Positions 1 to 7,690 of a DNA stretch of 62,461 nucleotides are shown here, piece after piece. This stretch comes from a virus. Lineage: Duplodnaviria > Caudoviricetes. The DNA is taken from the IMG/VR virus record IMGVR_UViG_3300027719_000005, positions 1 through 62,461 of that record. One strand, 5' to 3'. Within the stretch, counting starts at the first letter, position 1. Each line of letters begins with the position of its first letter. Made by a program: the position numbers and the translations under genes. Under the pieces are notes generated by a model. The model did no database searches and was not told the origin of the DNA. It saw only the letters and a list, made by a program, of their open reading frames with translations.

Positions 1-127
1 GGTATGAGGTGTTAATGGGTACCATCTCGATTAGGTTTATTGATTATGTACACCAGTTACAGAATATCTTTTATGAGTTAACTGGAGAAACCTTAAACAT
101 TAAACTTTAGGACCATGAAAAACCTAC
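1..127. repeat. Terminal direct repeat, copy 1 (circular assembly overlap)
   Basis: 1-127 is identical to 62335-62461 (GGTATGAGGTG...AAAAACCTAC). Confidence 0.97.
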
Positions 128-501
128 CCATTAGTAAGTTTGAAAAAGCCAATAGAGTATATCAACAAATACTGGTTATTGACGAAGAAATACTTCACAT
201 CGAGAAAATAGCCAACGATGTATTAACCGAGAAGTGTTCCATTCGGTTTAGTATAATCATCAACAAAGAGTCAAATAAAAAAGAAGAGACTCCAGATATA
301 AATACTTATGACCCTCGTGAATATTTATTAAAAAGTTTTGGAATTTTCCCGATTAAATCTCCTGTAGATAACACAATAAAAACATCGGACACATTAACCG
401 ATGTGGAGTGTTTGAATGTACTTGGGAGTATTCTTGGGGTTAAGTACGAGAAAAGAAAAAGCCTATTAGCCCAAATGAATAAACTGGGAGTAGAAATATA
501 G
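115..501 (+). CDS. Hypothetical phage protein
   Basis: 128-aa ORF, tightly packed in the + strand operon. Confidence 0.7.
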   Translation: MKNLPISKFEKANRVYQQILVIDEEILHIEKIANDVLTEKCSIRFSIIINKESNKKEETPDINTYDPREYLLKSFGIFPIKSPVDNTIKTSDTLTDVECLNVLGSILGVKYEKRKSLLAQMNKLGVEI

Positions 502-510
502 GAGGTAAAT

Positions 511-999
511 ATGAAAACATATGTACTAACAGTTTCAAGGGTATTCCCTTCGACTCATAAAAGGAAAGGAGAGGAAACTGGATTTGTTGAAAAAATCATA
601 TACGTCCAAAATGGGATGGATTTATGTTACCAAAAAATACACACCATCCGTTCAAACTACCCACTATGGGAGAAGCGAATAAAAGAGGTGCAGGAAGGTA
701 AGGCTTTACTATCGCTTAGGTACTGGAGCGGGAAACCATACAACTCGAAGCAAGTTGAGTTTGCAAGGCTTGATAATGATTCTGGGATTGGATGCGTTGA
801 GATAAAATTTGCTTTTAAAGACATTATGTGCCCTTGGTTGTGTAGTGAAAAAATTAGAAATGGAGAACCTTGGGATTTTAAAACAGAAACTATTGCTAAA
901 AACGACGGCCTTTCAGAAGAGGATTTCAAAGAGTGGTTTAAAAAGTACGACCTATCAAAGCCAATGGCAATAATTCATTTTACAAAATTCCGGTACTAA
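511..999 (+). CDS. Conserved Bacteroidota phage protein, possible ASCH/PUA-like fold
   Basis: KIHTIR...LSLRYWSGKPYNSKQ...AKNDGLSEEDFKEWF...IIHF pattern. Confidence 0.55.
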   Translation: MKTYVLTVSRVFPSTHKRKGEETGFVEKIIYVQNGMDLCYQKIHTIRSNYPLWEKRIKEVQEGKALLSLRYWSGKPYNSKQVEFARLDNDSGIGCVEIKFAFKDIMCPWLCSEKIRNGEPWDFKTETIAKNDGLSEEDFKEWFKKYDLSKPMAIIHFTKFRY

Positions 1000-1008
1000 T
1001 CATACACA

Positions 1009-1215
1009 ATGGATAAGCAGTTAACCATATTCGATCAACTAATAGGACATAAAGCCAAAATGGTTAATAGGGATGGAGTAATAGTTATGGTTAACGAAAA
1101 TGGAGATTGCTACCTGCATCATTGTTTTGAAAAAAATACACCAGGTCCATTCATTAAAAAGGAATACGCTTACTCAGTATGCTATCCGATCAATGAAGTA
1201 CATTTTATTGACTGA
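1009..1215 (+). CDS. Hypothetical protein
   Basis: 68-aa ORF in operon. Confidence 0.55.
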   Translation: MDKQLTIFDQLIGHKAKMVNRDGVIVMVNENGDCYLHHCFEKNTPGPFIKKEYAYSVCYPINEVHFID

Positions 1216-1217
1216 TT

Positions 1218-1421
1218 ATGTCAACACAAGGGAAATTATTTGAATGTCCGGTAGAAACTAAAAAAGAAACTGGAAAAACCTGTAGAAGTTGTCAATTCAG
1301 GTATAAGCATCAGTACGGCAAAATGTTCTACTGTCGCAAGCAGAAACAAAAAGGAACCGCCTACGGTGACAAGAAAATTAAAGCAGGGGATATAGCCTGT
1401 AGTATGTATAACAAATTATAA
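1218..1421 (+). CDS. Small Cys-rich (putative Zn-binding) protein
   Basis: CRSC...YC...AC motif. Confidence 0.6.
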   Translation: MSTQGKLFECPVETKKETGKTCRSCQFRYKHQYGKMFYCRKQKQKGTAYGDKKIKAGDIACSMYNKL

Positions 1422-1425
1422 AATA

Positions 1426-2886
1426 ATGAACCTACTTTATGTTGATCTTTTTGCTGGGGCTGGAGGTGTAACTACCGGAATAGAGGATGCTATTGTAAAT
1501 GGTGAAAAAATTGCCAAAGTTATAGCGGCAGTGAATCACGATCCTTTAGCTATAGCTAGTCATGCCGCAAATCATCCAGAAACACACCATTTTATAGAGG
1601 ATATTAAAACACTTGACGTTTCTATACTCGCTTCCATTGTAAGAGAGTACCGCACAAAATATCCAGAAGCATTGCTAGTTCTTTGGGCGAGTTTAGAGTG
1701 TACTAATTTTAGCAGAGCCAAGGGAGGCATGCCGAGGGATGCAGACAGCAGAACATTGGCAAATCATTTATTTAGATACATAGAAGGACTTAATCCTGAT
1801 TACATACAAATTGAGAATGTGGAGGAGTTTATGAGCTGGGGTCCGTTGGATGATAATGGCCGACCAATATCGAGATTTGAGGGAAGGGATTATCTGAAAT
1901 GGGTTAATTTAGTTAAGAGTTATGGGTATGATTTCGACTGGAGATTATTAAATTCAGCCAATTACGGGGCATATACTTCAAGGGTTAGGTATTTCGGCCA
2001 ATTTGCAAAGCATGGACTCCCTATTTCATGGCCTGATCCAACCCATTCAAAGAAACCTCAAGGGGGATTATTTGGTCAACTAAAGCCTTGGAAGCCTGTA
2101 AAGGATGTATTGGATTTTTCCGACGAAGGGGAGACTATTTTTAATAGGAAAAAGACACTTTCCGACAAAACACTTGCTCGAATTTATGCTGGACTTGTTA
2201 AATATGTAGCTGGAGGGCGTAAATGTTTTCTTTCTCAGTACTATGGGAATGGAGGGGTTTGTTCAATTGAGGCTCCTGCTACCACTCTAACCACAAAGGA
2301 CAGACTGGCCTTGATATGGATTGACAAGCAGTTTAGTGGAGAGCATAATCACCAAAGCGTAGATGTTCCATTAGGTTCTATTACTACAGTACCAAAGGCT
2401 AATATGATAAAGGCATTCATTGTTGATACCCAATTTAACAATGTTGGTCAGAGTGTTGAAAACCCCATAGGGGTAATTACAGCCAATCGCAAATGGCACT
2501 ATCTGGTTAATCCATCGTGGGGTGGAAATCTGGGAGATATTAATAACCCATGCTGTGTAATAGTGGCTAGACAGGATAAAGCACCGCTTTACATGGTTGC
2601 CGTAGAGCAGGGCAAAATTGCCATACCTGTGTATGAAAATGACAGTGAGATAATGATCAAGATAAAGGAGTTCATGGTCATTTATGGCATTGTTGATATT
2701 AAGATGAGAATGCTTCGCGTGAAAGAGTTGAAGTTAATTACAGGATTCAGCGACAGCTATGTGCTTATGGGGAATCAGTCTGATCAAAAGAAATTCATCG
2801 GAAACGCAGTTCCTCCAAAATTGCCTAGAGCAATTGCAGAATCATTAGTGAATAAATTGTTGAATGTTAAATTAAATGTAGCGTAA
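1426..2886 (+). CDS. DNA (cytosine-5) methyltransferase
   Basis: Motif I DLFAGAGG, catalytic SLECTNFS, ENV, R-x-R (SRVR), C-terminal GNAVPP. Confidence 0.93.
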   Translation: MNLLYVDLFAGAGGVTTGIEDAIVNGEKIAKVIAAVNHDPLAIASHAANHPETHHFIEDIKTLDVSILASIVREYRTKYPEALLVLWASLECTNFSRAKGGMPRDADSRTLANHLFRYIEGLNPDYIQIENVEEFMSWGPLDDNGRPISRFEGRDYLKWVNLVKSYGYDFDWRLLNSANYGAYTSRVRYFGQFAKHGLPISWPDPTHSKKPQGGLFGQLKPWKPVKDVLDFSDEGETIFNRKKTLSDKTLARIYAGLVKYVAGGRKCFLSQYYGNGGVCSIEAPATTLTTKDRLALIWIDKQFSGEHNHQSVDVPLGSITTVPKANMIKAFIVDTQFNNVGQSVENPIGVITANRKWHYLVNPSWGGNLGDINNPCCVIVARQDKAPLYMVAVEQGKIAIPVYENDSEIMIKIKEFMVIYGIVDIKMRMLRVKELKLITGFSDSYVLMGNQSDQKKFIGNAVPPKLPRAIAESLVNKLLNVKLNVA

Positions 2887-2943
2887 GAAACCTAATTCCA
2901 AATTTATTAATAATACAATAAAACACCTTTTAAAAACAAAATT

Positions 2944-3372
2944 ATGCAAAGAGAACTAGCAAAAGACATCCCTCAGGGGAATCAAAGAGTCGCTTTCCTA
3001 ACGGATAACTGCGATAAGGTAGAGGAAAAAGGCTACATGAAACGCTTCACCCAGGAGCAGCTAAGCCAAATGAAAGAGGAACTTTCCGAAACCGCCATCA
3101 ATATTAACGATATTGAGGAGGAAAAGAAAATTGTTCTGGAACAATTCAAGGAAAGACTAAAGCCTTTAACTGAGGAAAAATTCAGACTTCTTAGAGGTCT
3201 AAAGAATAAAGCAGAACACGTTACCGAAAGATGCTTCAAGTTTATCGACTTGGATAACCGAGAGGTAGGATACTTTAATGAGGATGGGGAACTGATCGAA
3301 AGCAGACCAGCCTATGCAGACGAGTTGCAAGGAAACCTATTTAGGATGAAAGCAACCGGAACAGATAACTAA
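2944..3372 (+). CDS. Conserved hypothetical coiled-coil phage protein
   Basis: 142-aa ORF, coiled coil followed by a beta-rich C-terminus. Confidence 0.65.
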   Translation: MQRELAKDIPQGNQRVAFLTDNCDKVEEKGYMKRFTQEQLSQMKEELSETAININDIEEEKKIVLEQFKERLKPLTEEKFRLLRGLKNKAEHVTERCFKFIDLDNREVGYFNEDGELIESRPAYADELQGNLFRMKATGTDN

Positions 3373-3393
3373 TAACCTATAACAATAAAATCT

Positions 3394-4137
3394 ATGAAAA
3401 CAGAAAACGTTCAATTTAATTTTTCAGCGGGTATGAATAAGGCCGAGGTAATTATCCGCGAGGTAAGCACCGTTAATGAACTTCCGGTTAAGGCTCCGAT
3501 AAAAACCAACATATTTGGAACAATTGGAGCTCCTTACGCTTTTCTCTCGAAGCGGAAAGATGTTAAAGAGCAAATTGATCAAAATAGGTGCCATATCCTT
3601 GTTGACCGTAATCAAATTAGTATTATACTAATTATCAATGAGGATGAAGAGTACCATAGGGGAACAGTAATCGGAAGTCTTGCGTTTAACCCAAAATTTG
3701 AGGAGTTCAGAATTAATAATGATAAGGTTTGGACTCCTACGCAGCTCGGCATGTTCTTTAAGATGAACAGGGCTTTCTTCCCAGAAAGGGATGTTAATAT
3801 GAAGCTGGTTTCTGACCTTATGAACTTCACAGCCAATGTTAACAACAACATTGAAAGATCGGCAAATGAAAAAGGTGATCGGGTGGATAAGTTTGAGCAA
3901 GTGGTTAACTCCAATCTACCGAAGTCTTTCAACCTTGTAATCCCAATATTCAAGGGTATGCCAGCAGAGAATATTGAGGTTGAGACTTTCGCTCAGGTTA
4001 ACGGCAGGGAAGTTTCATTTGCCCTTATTTCTCCAGGCGCAATGTCAACACAGGAGGAAATACGCAACAGGATTATTGATGAGCAACTTAAATTAATTGC
4101 TGAAATCTGTCCTGAGATAGCAATTATTGAGCAGTAG
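3394..4137 (+). CDS. Conserved hypothetical phage protein (possibly DUF2303/YfdQ-like)
   Basis: 247 aa, LPKSFNLVIPIFKG motif; family assignment tentative. Confidence 0.55.
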   Translation: MKTENVQFNFSAGMNKAEVIIREVSTVNELPVKAPIKTNIFGTIGAPYAFLSKRKDVKEQIDQNRCHILVDRNQISIILIINEDEEYHRGTVIGSLAFNPKFEEFRINNDKVWTPTQLGMFFKMNRAFFPERDVNMKLVSDLMNFTANVNNNIERSANEKGDRVDKFEQVVNSNLPKSFNLVIPIFKGMPAENIEVETFAQVNGREVSFALISPGAMSTQEEIRNRIIDEQLKLIAEICPEIAIIEQ

Positions 4138-4221
4138 TAACACTTGTGGTGTGTATTGCATAAACATCAGAACGTGGGAGGGGAAATGCAATACACACCT
4201 TTATGTTTAATATTAAGAACC

Positions 4222-4425
4222 ATGAAAATATTCGTAGAATCAAACGGCAATGTTCACTTTTCTGGAGACGAAGAGGGCAAATTAGAATTATTTACACAGA
4301 GAGATGTGATCATAAACACAATTGATGGATCGCTTGCCTTAAAGGAGGGTGGTGGAGTTTTTGACGATATAGAAGCCTATTCTATTAAGGTTGATGAGTA
4401 TCTGAAAAGTTTAAATGGTAATTAA
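4222..4425 (+). CDS. Hypothetical protein
   Basis: ORF 4144-4425; ATG at 4222 (MKIFVES) has the better A-rich context. Confidence 0.5.
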   Translation: MKIFVESNGNVHFSGDEEGKLELFTQRDVIINTIDGSLALKEGGGVFDDIEAYSIKVDEYLKSLNGN

Positions 4426-4436
4426 TAACTAAAATC

Positions 4437-4640
4437 ATGGCAGAAAGATTAAAATTATTTGTATGGGAAGATGCTTTATCAGATTATACTGATGGGATTA
4501 TGTTCGCATTTGCTCCAGATGTTGAAACTGCAAGAGAATTAATTATAGAGAAAGGAGTTGATTCAGAAGAGCCAGATTTATTATCAGAACCAAGAATTAT
4601 AGAACAGCAAGAAGGATTTGTAATATATGGAGGTGGTTAA
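4437..4640 (+). CDS. Hypothetical acidic protein
   Basis: 67-aa ORF with AAAATC-ATG start. Confidence 0.6.
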   Translation: MAERLKLFVWEDALSDYTDGIMFAFAPDVETARELIIEKGVDSEEPDLLSEPRIIEQQEGFVIYGGG

Positions 4641-4669
4641 TTACAAACTTTATTTCTTATTAAAATCAA

Positions 4670-4876
4670 ATGAAAATTGAAGATATAGAACTAGGCAGAG
4701 AGTATTTAAGAATACATACATATCCTGGTCAATCATCACAGCACTTTAAAGCGATAAAAAAAGAGAAAGATCGCGTCCTATTTATTCAAACATTCCCAAA
4801 GGAATTTCATAAAGGATTTGGACAAACCTATACACTGAATAGAATTGAATGTGAAAGATATATTCATCCACTTTAA
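4670..4876 (+). CDS. Hypothetical protein
   Basis: 68-aa ORF. Confidence 0.55.
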   Translation: MKIEDIELGREYLRIHTYPGQSSQHFKAIKKEKDRVLFIQTFPKEFHKGFGQTYTLNRIECERYIHPL

Positions 4877-4899
4877 TTAATTTTTTACGACAACATTAT

Positions 4900-5319
4900 A
4901 TGAATACAATTAATCGAATATACAGAGTGCCTTACATGAAAGATAAATTTTCGTATGTAGGACTTTTAAGGAACGAAAAACGATTTAACATAAACGACAA
5001 AGTATTTTTCTCAATAAATGGAAGTGAAATTGCTTTTGGTCGCATTGTCGGAGTCGAATTGCCTCCAGTTGACAATCCTGAATACCTGTACAAAATTGAA
5101 TTGCCAGAAGAACTTATAAAGCAAAGAATGGAACATAAAGAGTTTTATGAGGGTAAAGAAATTGATAAAGTAATATTGAATTGTGAATCAATTTTTTCAA
5201 CAGTTCAAGAGGCTAAAGAATCAGCTCTAGCAAACCTCGAAAGAATGGCAAGAATACAGCAAAGAGAAATTGAAAAATACTTTGGTCAATTTTCAGAGTT
5301 GTCTCAAGATAATCGCTAA
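4900..5319 (+). CDS. Hypothetical protein
   Basis: 139-aa ORF. Confidence 0.6.
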   Translation: MNTINRIYRVPYMKDKFSYVGLLRNEKRFNINDKVFFSINGSEIAFGRIVGVELPPVDNPEYLYKIELPEELIKQRMEHKEFYEGKEIDKVILNCESIFSTVQEAKESALANLERMARIQQREIEKYFGQFSELSQDNR

Positions 5320-5479
5320 TAATAAATTATAGACTCAGGAAGGGCTTTGCGGGAAGGAATAACAAACAGAAACCAATGAAAAAACAAATACTAATAGCAG
5401 GAAGTTGCTGTAAAATTTGCAAACATATGGGTTTGCGCAGGGATGCGTCAAGTGAAGTTTAATTTAAAATTTTGGATAT

Positions 5480-5632
5480 ATGAAAGCAGGAGATACTATT
5501 ATTTTAGATGACGTTGCAGTAGTTACGGTTGTTTGGTGCAATGAAACACTGATGCAAGTAGAGTATAAAGATTTAACTAGGAGATTGCTTACAATAGCAA
5601 TGTATGACATAAAAATTTTAAAGTCAACGTAA
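5480..5632 (+). CDS. 50-aa ORF not in the ORF track (MKAGDTIILDD...KILKST)
   Basis: Translated by hand; same flanks and same LKST* end as 6985-7173. Confidence 0.6.
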   Translation: MKAGDTIILDDVAVVTVVWCNETLMQVEYKDLTRRLLTIAMYDIKILKST

Positions 5633-5640
5633 CGCAATTT

Positions 5641-5778
5641 GCCTATAACGTTGGTGGTTGGCGTTCGTTGCCGACCTTAATTTAATAGATAAATTAACTT
5701 AAAAGCAGAAATATTATGAATACCGAAAAAGTATCAAAAAAGCAAAAAGGCAATGACGTTAACCACGTGTTACCTGCT
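5641..5778. repeat. attC-like hairpin H1
   Basis: GCCTATAAC 5641-5649; arm 5654-5672 pairs with 5749-5766; GTTACCTGCT 5769-5778. Confidence 0.8.
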
Positions 5779-6009
5779 GTTTTTGATTCTGTTGAACATG
5801 CCGTAAAAACGCTAAAATTAGACAGAAGGCATAAATGGGAGGAATGGAATGGTGAACTATCTTACCCTTACAAATATTCACACACTTGCACTGGTTGCGA
5901 TGGCGGTGGATGTAATGAGTGTGGGTATCACGGTAATTCAATAACTTATGTACCTGTACCAGCCTTTATGCCTGACGGCTCAATTGTCAAAGTGCGTTCT
6001 TTAAAATAG
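5716..6009 (+). CDS. Cassette ORF, Zn-finger-like (CxxCxGxGCxxC)
   Basis: Starts in the H1 loop; stop overlaps the next AGCAGGTAAC box. Confidence 0.7.
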   Translation: MNTEKVSKKQKGNDVNHVLPAVFDSVEHAVKTLKLDRRHKWEEWNGELSYPYKYSHTCTGCDGGGCNECGYHGNSITYVPVPAFMPDGSIVKVRSLK

Positions 6010-6132
6010 CAGGTAACGGTTGCGTATTGGCTTTGCTGCCAACGGGATTATAATTAATAACCAAACACTTTAAATTATGAAGAAAGCATCTAAAAAGAAT
6101 GAGGGCAATAAAGTTAATACGCTGTTACCTGC
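6008..6132. repeat. attC-like hairpin H2
   Basis: AGCAGGTAAC 6008-6017; arm 6022-6040 pairs with 6104-6122; GTTACCTGC 6124-6132. Confidence 0.82.
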
Positions 6133-6403
6133 TGATGCAGTTAAATTAAAGTTAACCCCTAAGCAGAATGCAGTAATTTTTTGCCTTCAAAATGGATGGG
6201 AATTAATTACTGACATGGAAATGTGCGGGGCAATAGTTGCCAATAACACAATGGAATACAGAATAAATAACGGATTATTCTTTAGATTAATAAACATGGA
6301 TTTGATATATCAGGGAGGTAGTGAAACTAGGCACTCTTTTACTTTAACGCCACTAGGCAAAAAATGTATAACGAAGCAAGTTTCATTCAACATAACAAAG
6401 TAG
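6077..6403 (+). CDS. Cassette ORF, possible winged-helix protein
   Basis: LTPKQ...LINMDLI...FTLTPLG pattern; starts in the H2 loop. Confidence 0.65.
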   Translation: MKKASKKNEGNKVNTLLPADAVKLKLTPKQNAVIFCLQNGWELITDMEMCGAIVANNTMEYRINNGLFFRLINMDLIYQGGSETRHSFTLTPLGKKCITKQVSFNITK

Positions 6404-6408
6404 CATTT

Positions 6409-6614
6409 GCAGGTAACGTAGAATGCAAGTGAAGTTTTTTAACCGACTTAAATACTAAAATTATGAACTTTAGAAAAGAATTAGCCAGAGAATTAAACCT
6501 CGGAGCAATTGCGGAAGAAACAATGCTCCAAGATTATATAATAGCCTGTGAAGCGATTGCGGTTAAATACCACAAAGAACAGGTTAAAAAATTGCATTTG
6601 CATAGTGTTAGCAA
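6409..6614. repeat. attC-like hairpin H3 (long coding loop)
   Basis: GCAGGTAAC 6409-6417; arm 6423-6444 pairs with 6582-6603; GTTAGCAA 6607-6614. Confidence 0.8.
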
Positions 6615-6744
6615 GTGCGTGGATGTCGAGCGAGGGCATTCGGTTTGCTGTACTAAGTGTGGTAAATCGTTAAAACCAATATATATGTGTACTGCCTGTG
6701 TAGATACGGAAATGCAAAATAAGTTAAAGCAAACTGATTGCTAA
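6463..6744 (+). CDS. Cassette ORF with C-terminal Zn ribbon
   Basis: CTKC...CTAC; starts in the H3 loop; TAA stop is part of TTGCTAAC. Confidence 0.65.
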   Translation: MNFRKELARELNLGAIAEETMLQDYIIACEAIAVKYHKEQVKKLHLHSVSKCVDVERGHSVCCTKCGKSLKPIYMCTACVDTEMQNKLKQTDC

Positions 6745-6844
6745 CGCTCGTGGTTGATGCCGTTTGTGCGGCGTACTTCCGCACAAAAGCAAGGCATCTA
6801 AACGCCAGCGAGAGCCGCACGAATGGCATTAACCTTTTGTTATT
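6738..6844. repeat. attC-like hairpin H4 (non-coding loop)
   Basis: TTGCTAAC 6738-6745; arm 6752-6772 pairs with 6814-6834; GTTATT 6839-6844. Confidence 0.8.
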
Positions 6845-6984
6845 GGTTGATTGAGTTACGAGTGAAGAGTAATAACATTGGCGTTTATCCACGAGCGTTA
6901 TAGGCAAATTAGCAGACCGAGAGCAAACGTACTTTGTTTGCGTAGGGATGCGTTAAGTGAAGTTTAATTTAAAACATTTATAGT

Positions 6985-7173
6985 ATGGAAATAACAGGCG
7001 CAATAATAATAGTGCAAATAGATAACGACAAGGCTTATCAAGTCGATATAAGTAGCGATAACGTTAAGGCACTTTTAGCTATGTATCAATATAGTAATGA
7101 CTGCTCTATTAAAATACTTGATAAGCCTTTAATCGGTTTGACTTTAACCAAAAATGTTTTAAAGTCAACGTAA
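6985..7173 (+). CDS. Cassette ORF, hypothetical
   Basis: 62 aa inside the segment GTTATAGGCAAATT (6897-6910)...AATTTGCCTATAAC (7177-7190). Confidence 0.65.
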   Translation: MEITGAIIIVQIDNDKAYQVDISSDNVKALLAMYQYSNDCSIKILDKPLIGLTLTKNVLKST

Positions 7174-7231
7174 TGCAATTTGCCTATAACTATGTTATTA
7201 AAATACTTATTTACTAAATAACTGACTAATA

Positions 7232-7462
7232 ATGAATGATATAATTAGTAAATGGGTGGTTAATTATAAGGATTGGCAGATTGCCATAACAGAGGACGAG
7301 AGAGTATTCTGTCTAAAAAGCAATATTGAATTAGTAGAGTACTGGAACAACGGCACAATTTCCTACAGACTCCCAAACACCTCTAAAAGAATAGGCGTTA
7401 AAACAATGAGGGAGAATTGTCAATTAAAGCAGGTAACTATTGAAAAGTATTGTCCATTTTAA
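7232..7462 (+). CDS. Hypothetical protein
   Basis: 76-aa ORF. Confidence 0.55.
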   Translation: MNDIISKWVVNYKDWQIAITEDERVFCLKSNIELVEYWNNGTISYRLPNTSKRIGVKTMRENCQLKQVTIEKYCPF

Positions 7463-7474
7463 TCAAATTAAACT

Positions 7475-7663
7475 ATGAAAACAAGAGTATTTGAAAGTTA
7501 TGGAATTTATATATCAATTGTTTTTGTAAGAAATTTAGACCGTGAACCAGCATGGAGGTTTGTCATCGAAAATGTTGAAGATGTTTTATTTGAAAGTGGA
7601 AAATATTCTGAATATCCCAAATGTGAATTAGAATCGTTAAAGAAAGCTGTTGAGTTTTTATAA
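7475..7663 (+). CDS. Hypothetical protein
   Basis: 62-aa ORF. Confidence 0.55.
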   Translation: MKTRVFESYGIYISIVFVRNLDREPAWRFVIENVEDVLFESGKYSEYPKCELESLKKAVEFL

Positions 7664-7690
7664 AACATTATAGAATAATAAACTAAAACT

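Larger units (their letters stand above)
5431..7190. mobile_element. Array of integron attC-like hairpins and cassette-like segments (CALIN-like, no integron integrase)
   Basis: Four TAAC...GTTA hairpins; segments between them have complementary ends; duplicated flanks at 5431-5469/6936-6974 and 5616-5649/7157-7190. Confidence 0.75.

Noticed and set aside
1-127. Terminal repeat as a biological DTR
   Set aside because: 127 bp equals a common assembler k-mer and falls mid-gene; best read as circular overlap.
4880-5430. Further attC-like sites upstream of the array (ACGACAAC ~4887, TCGCTAAT ~5313)
   Set aside because: No convincing paired arms or complementary GTT box found by eye.
5431-7190. 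CRISPR array
   Set aside because: No constant direct repeat with uniform spacers and no cas genes; the repeats are sequence-variable hairpins.
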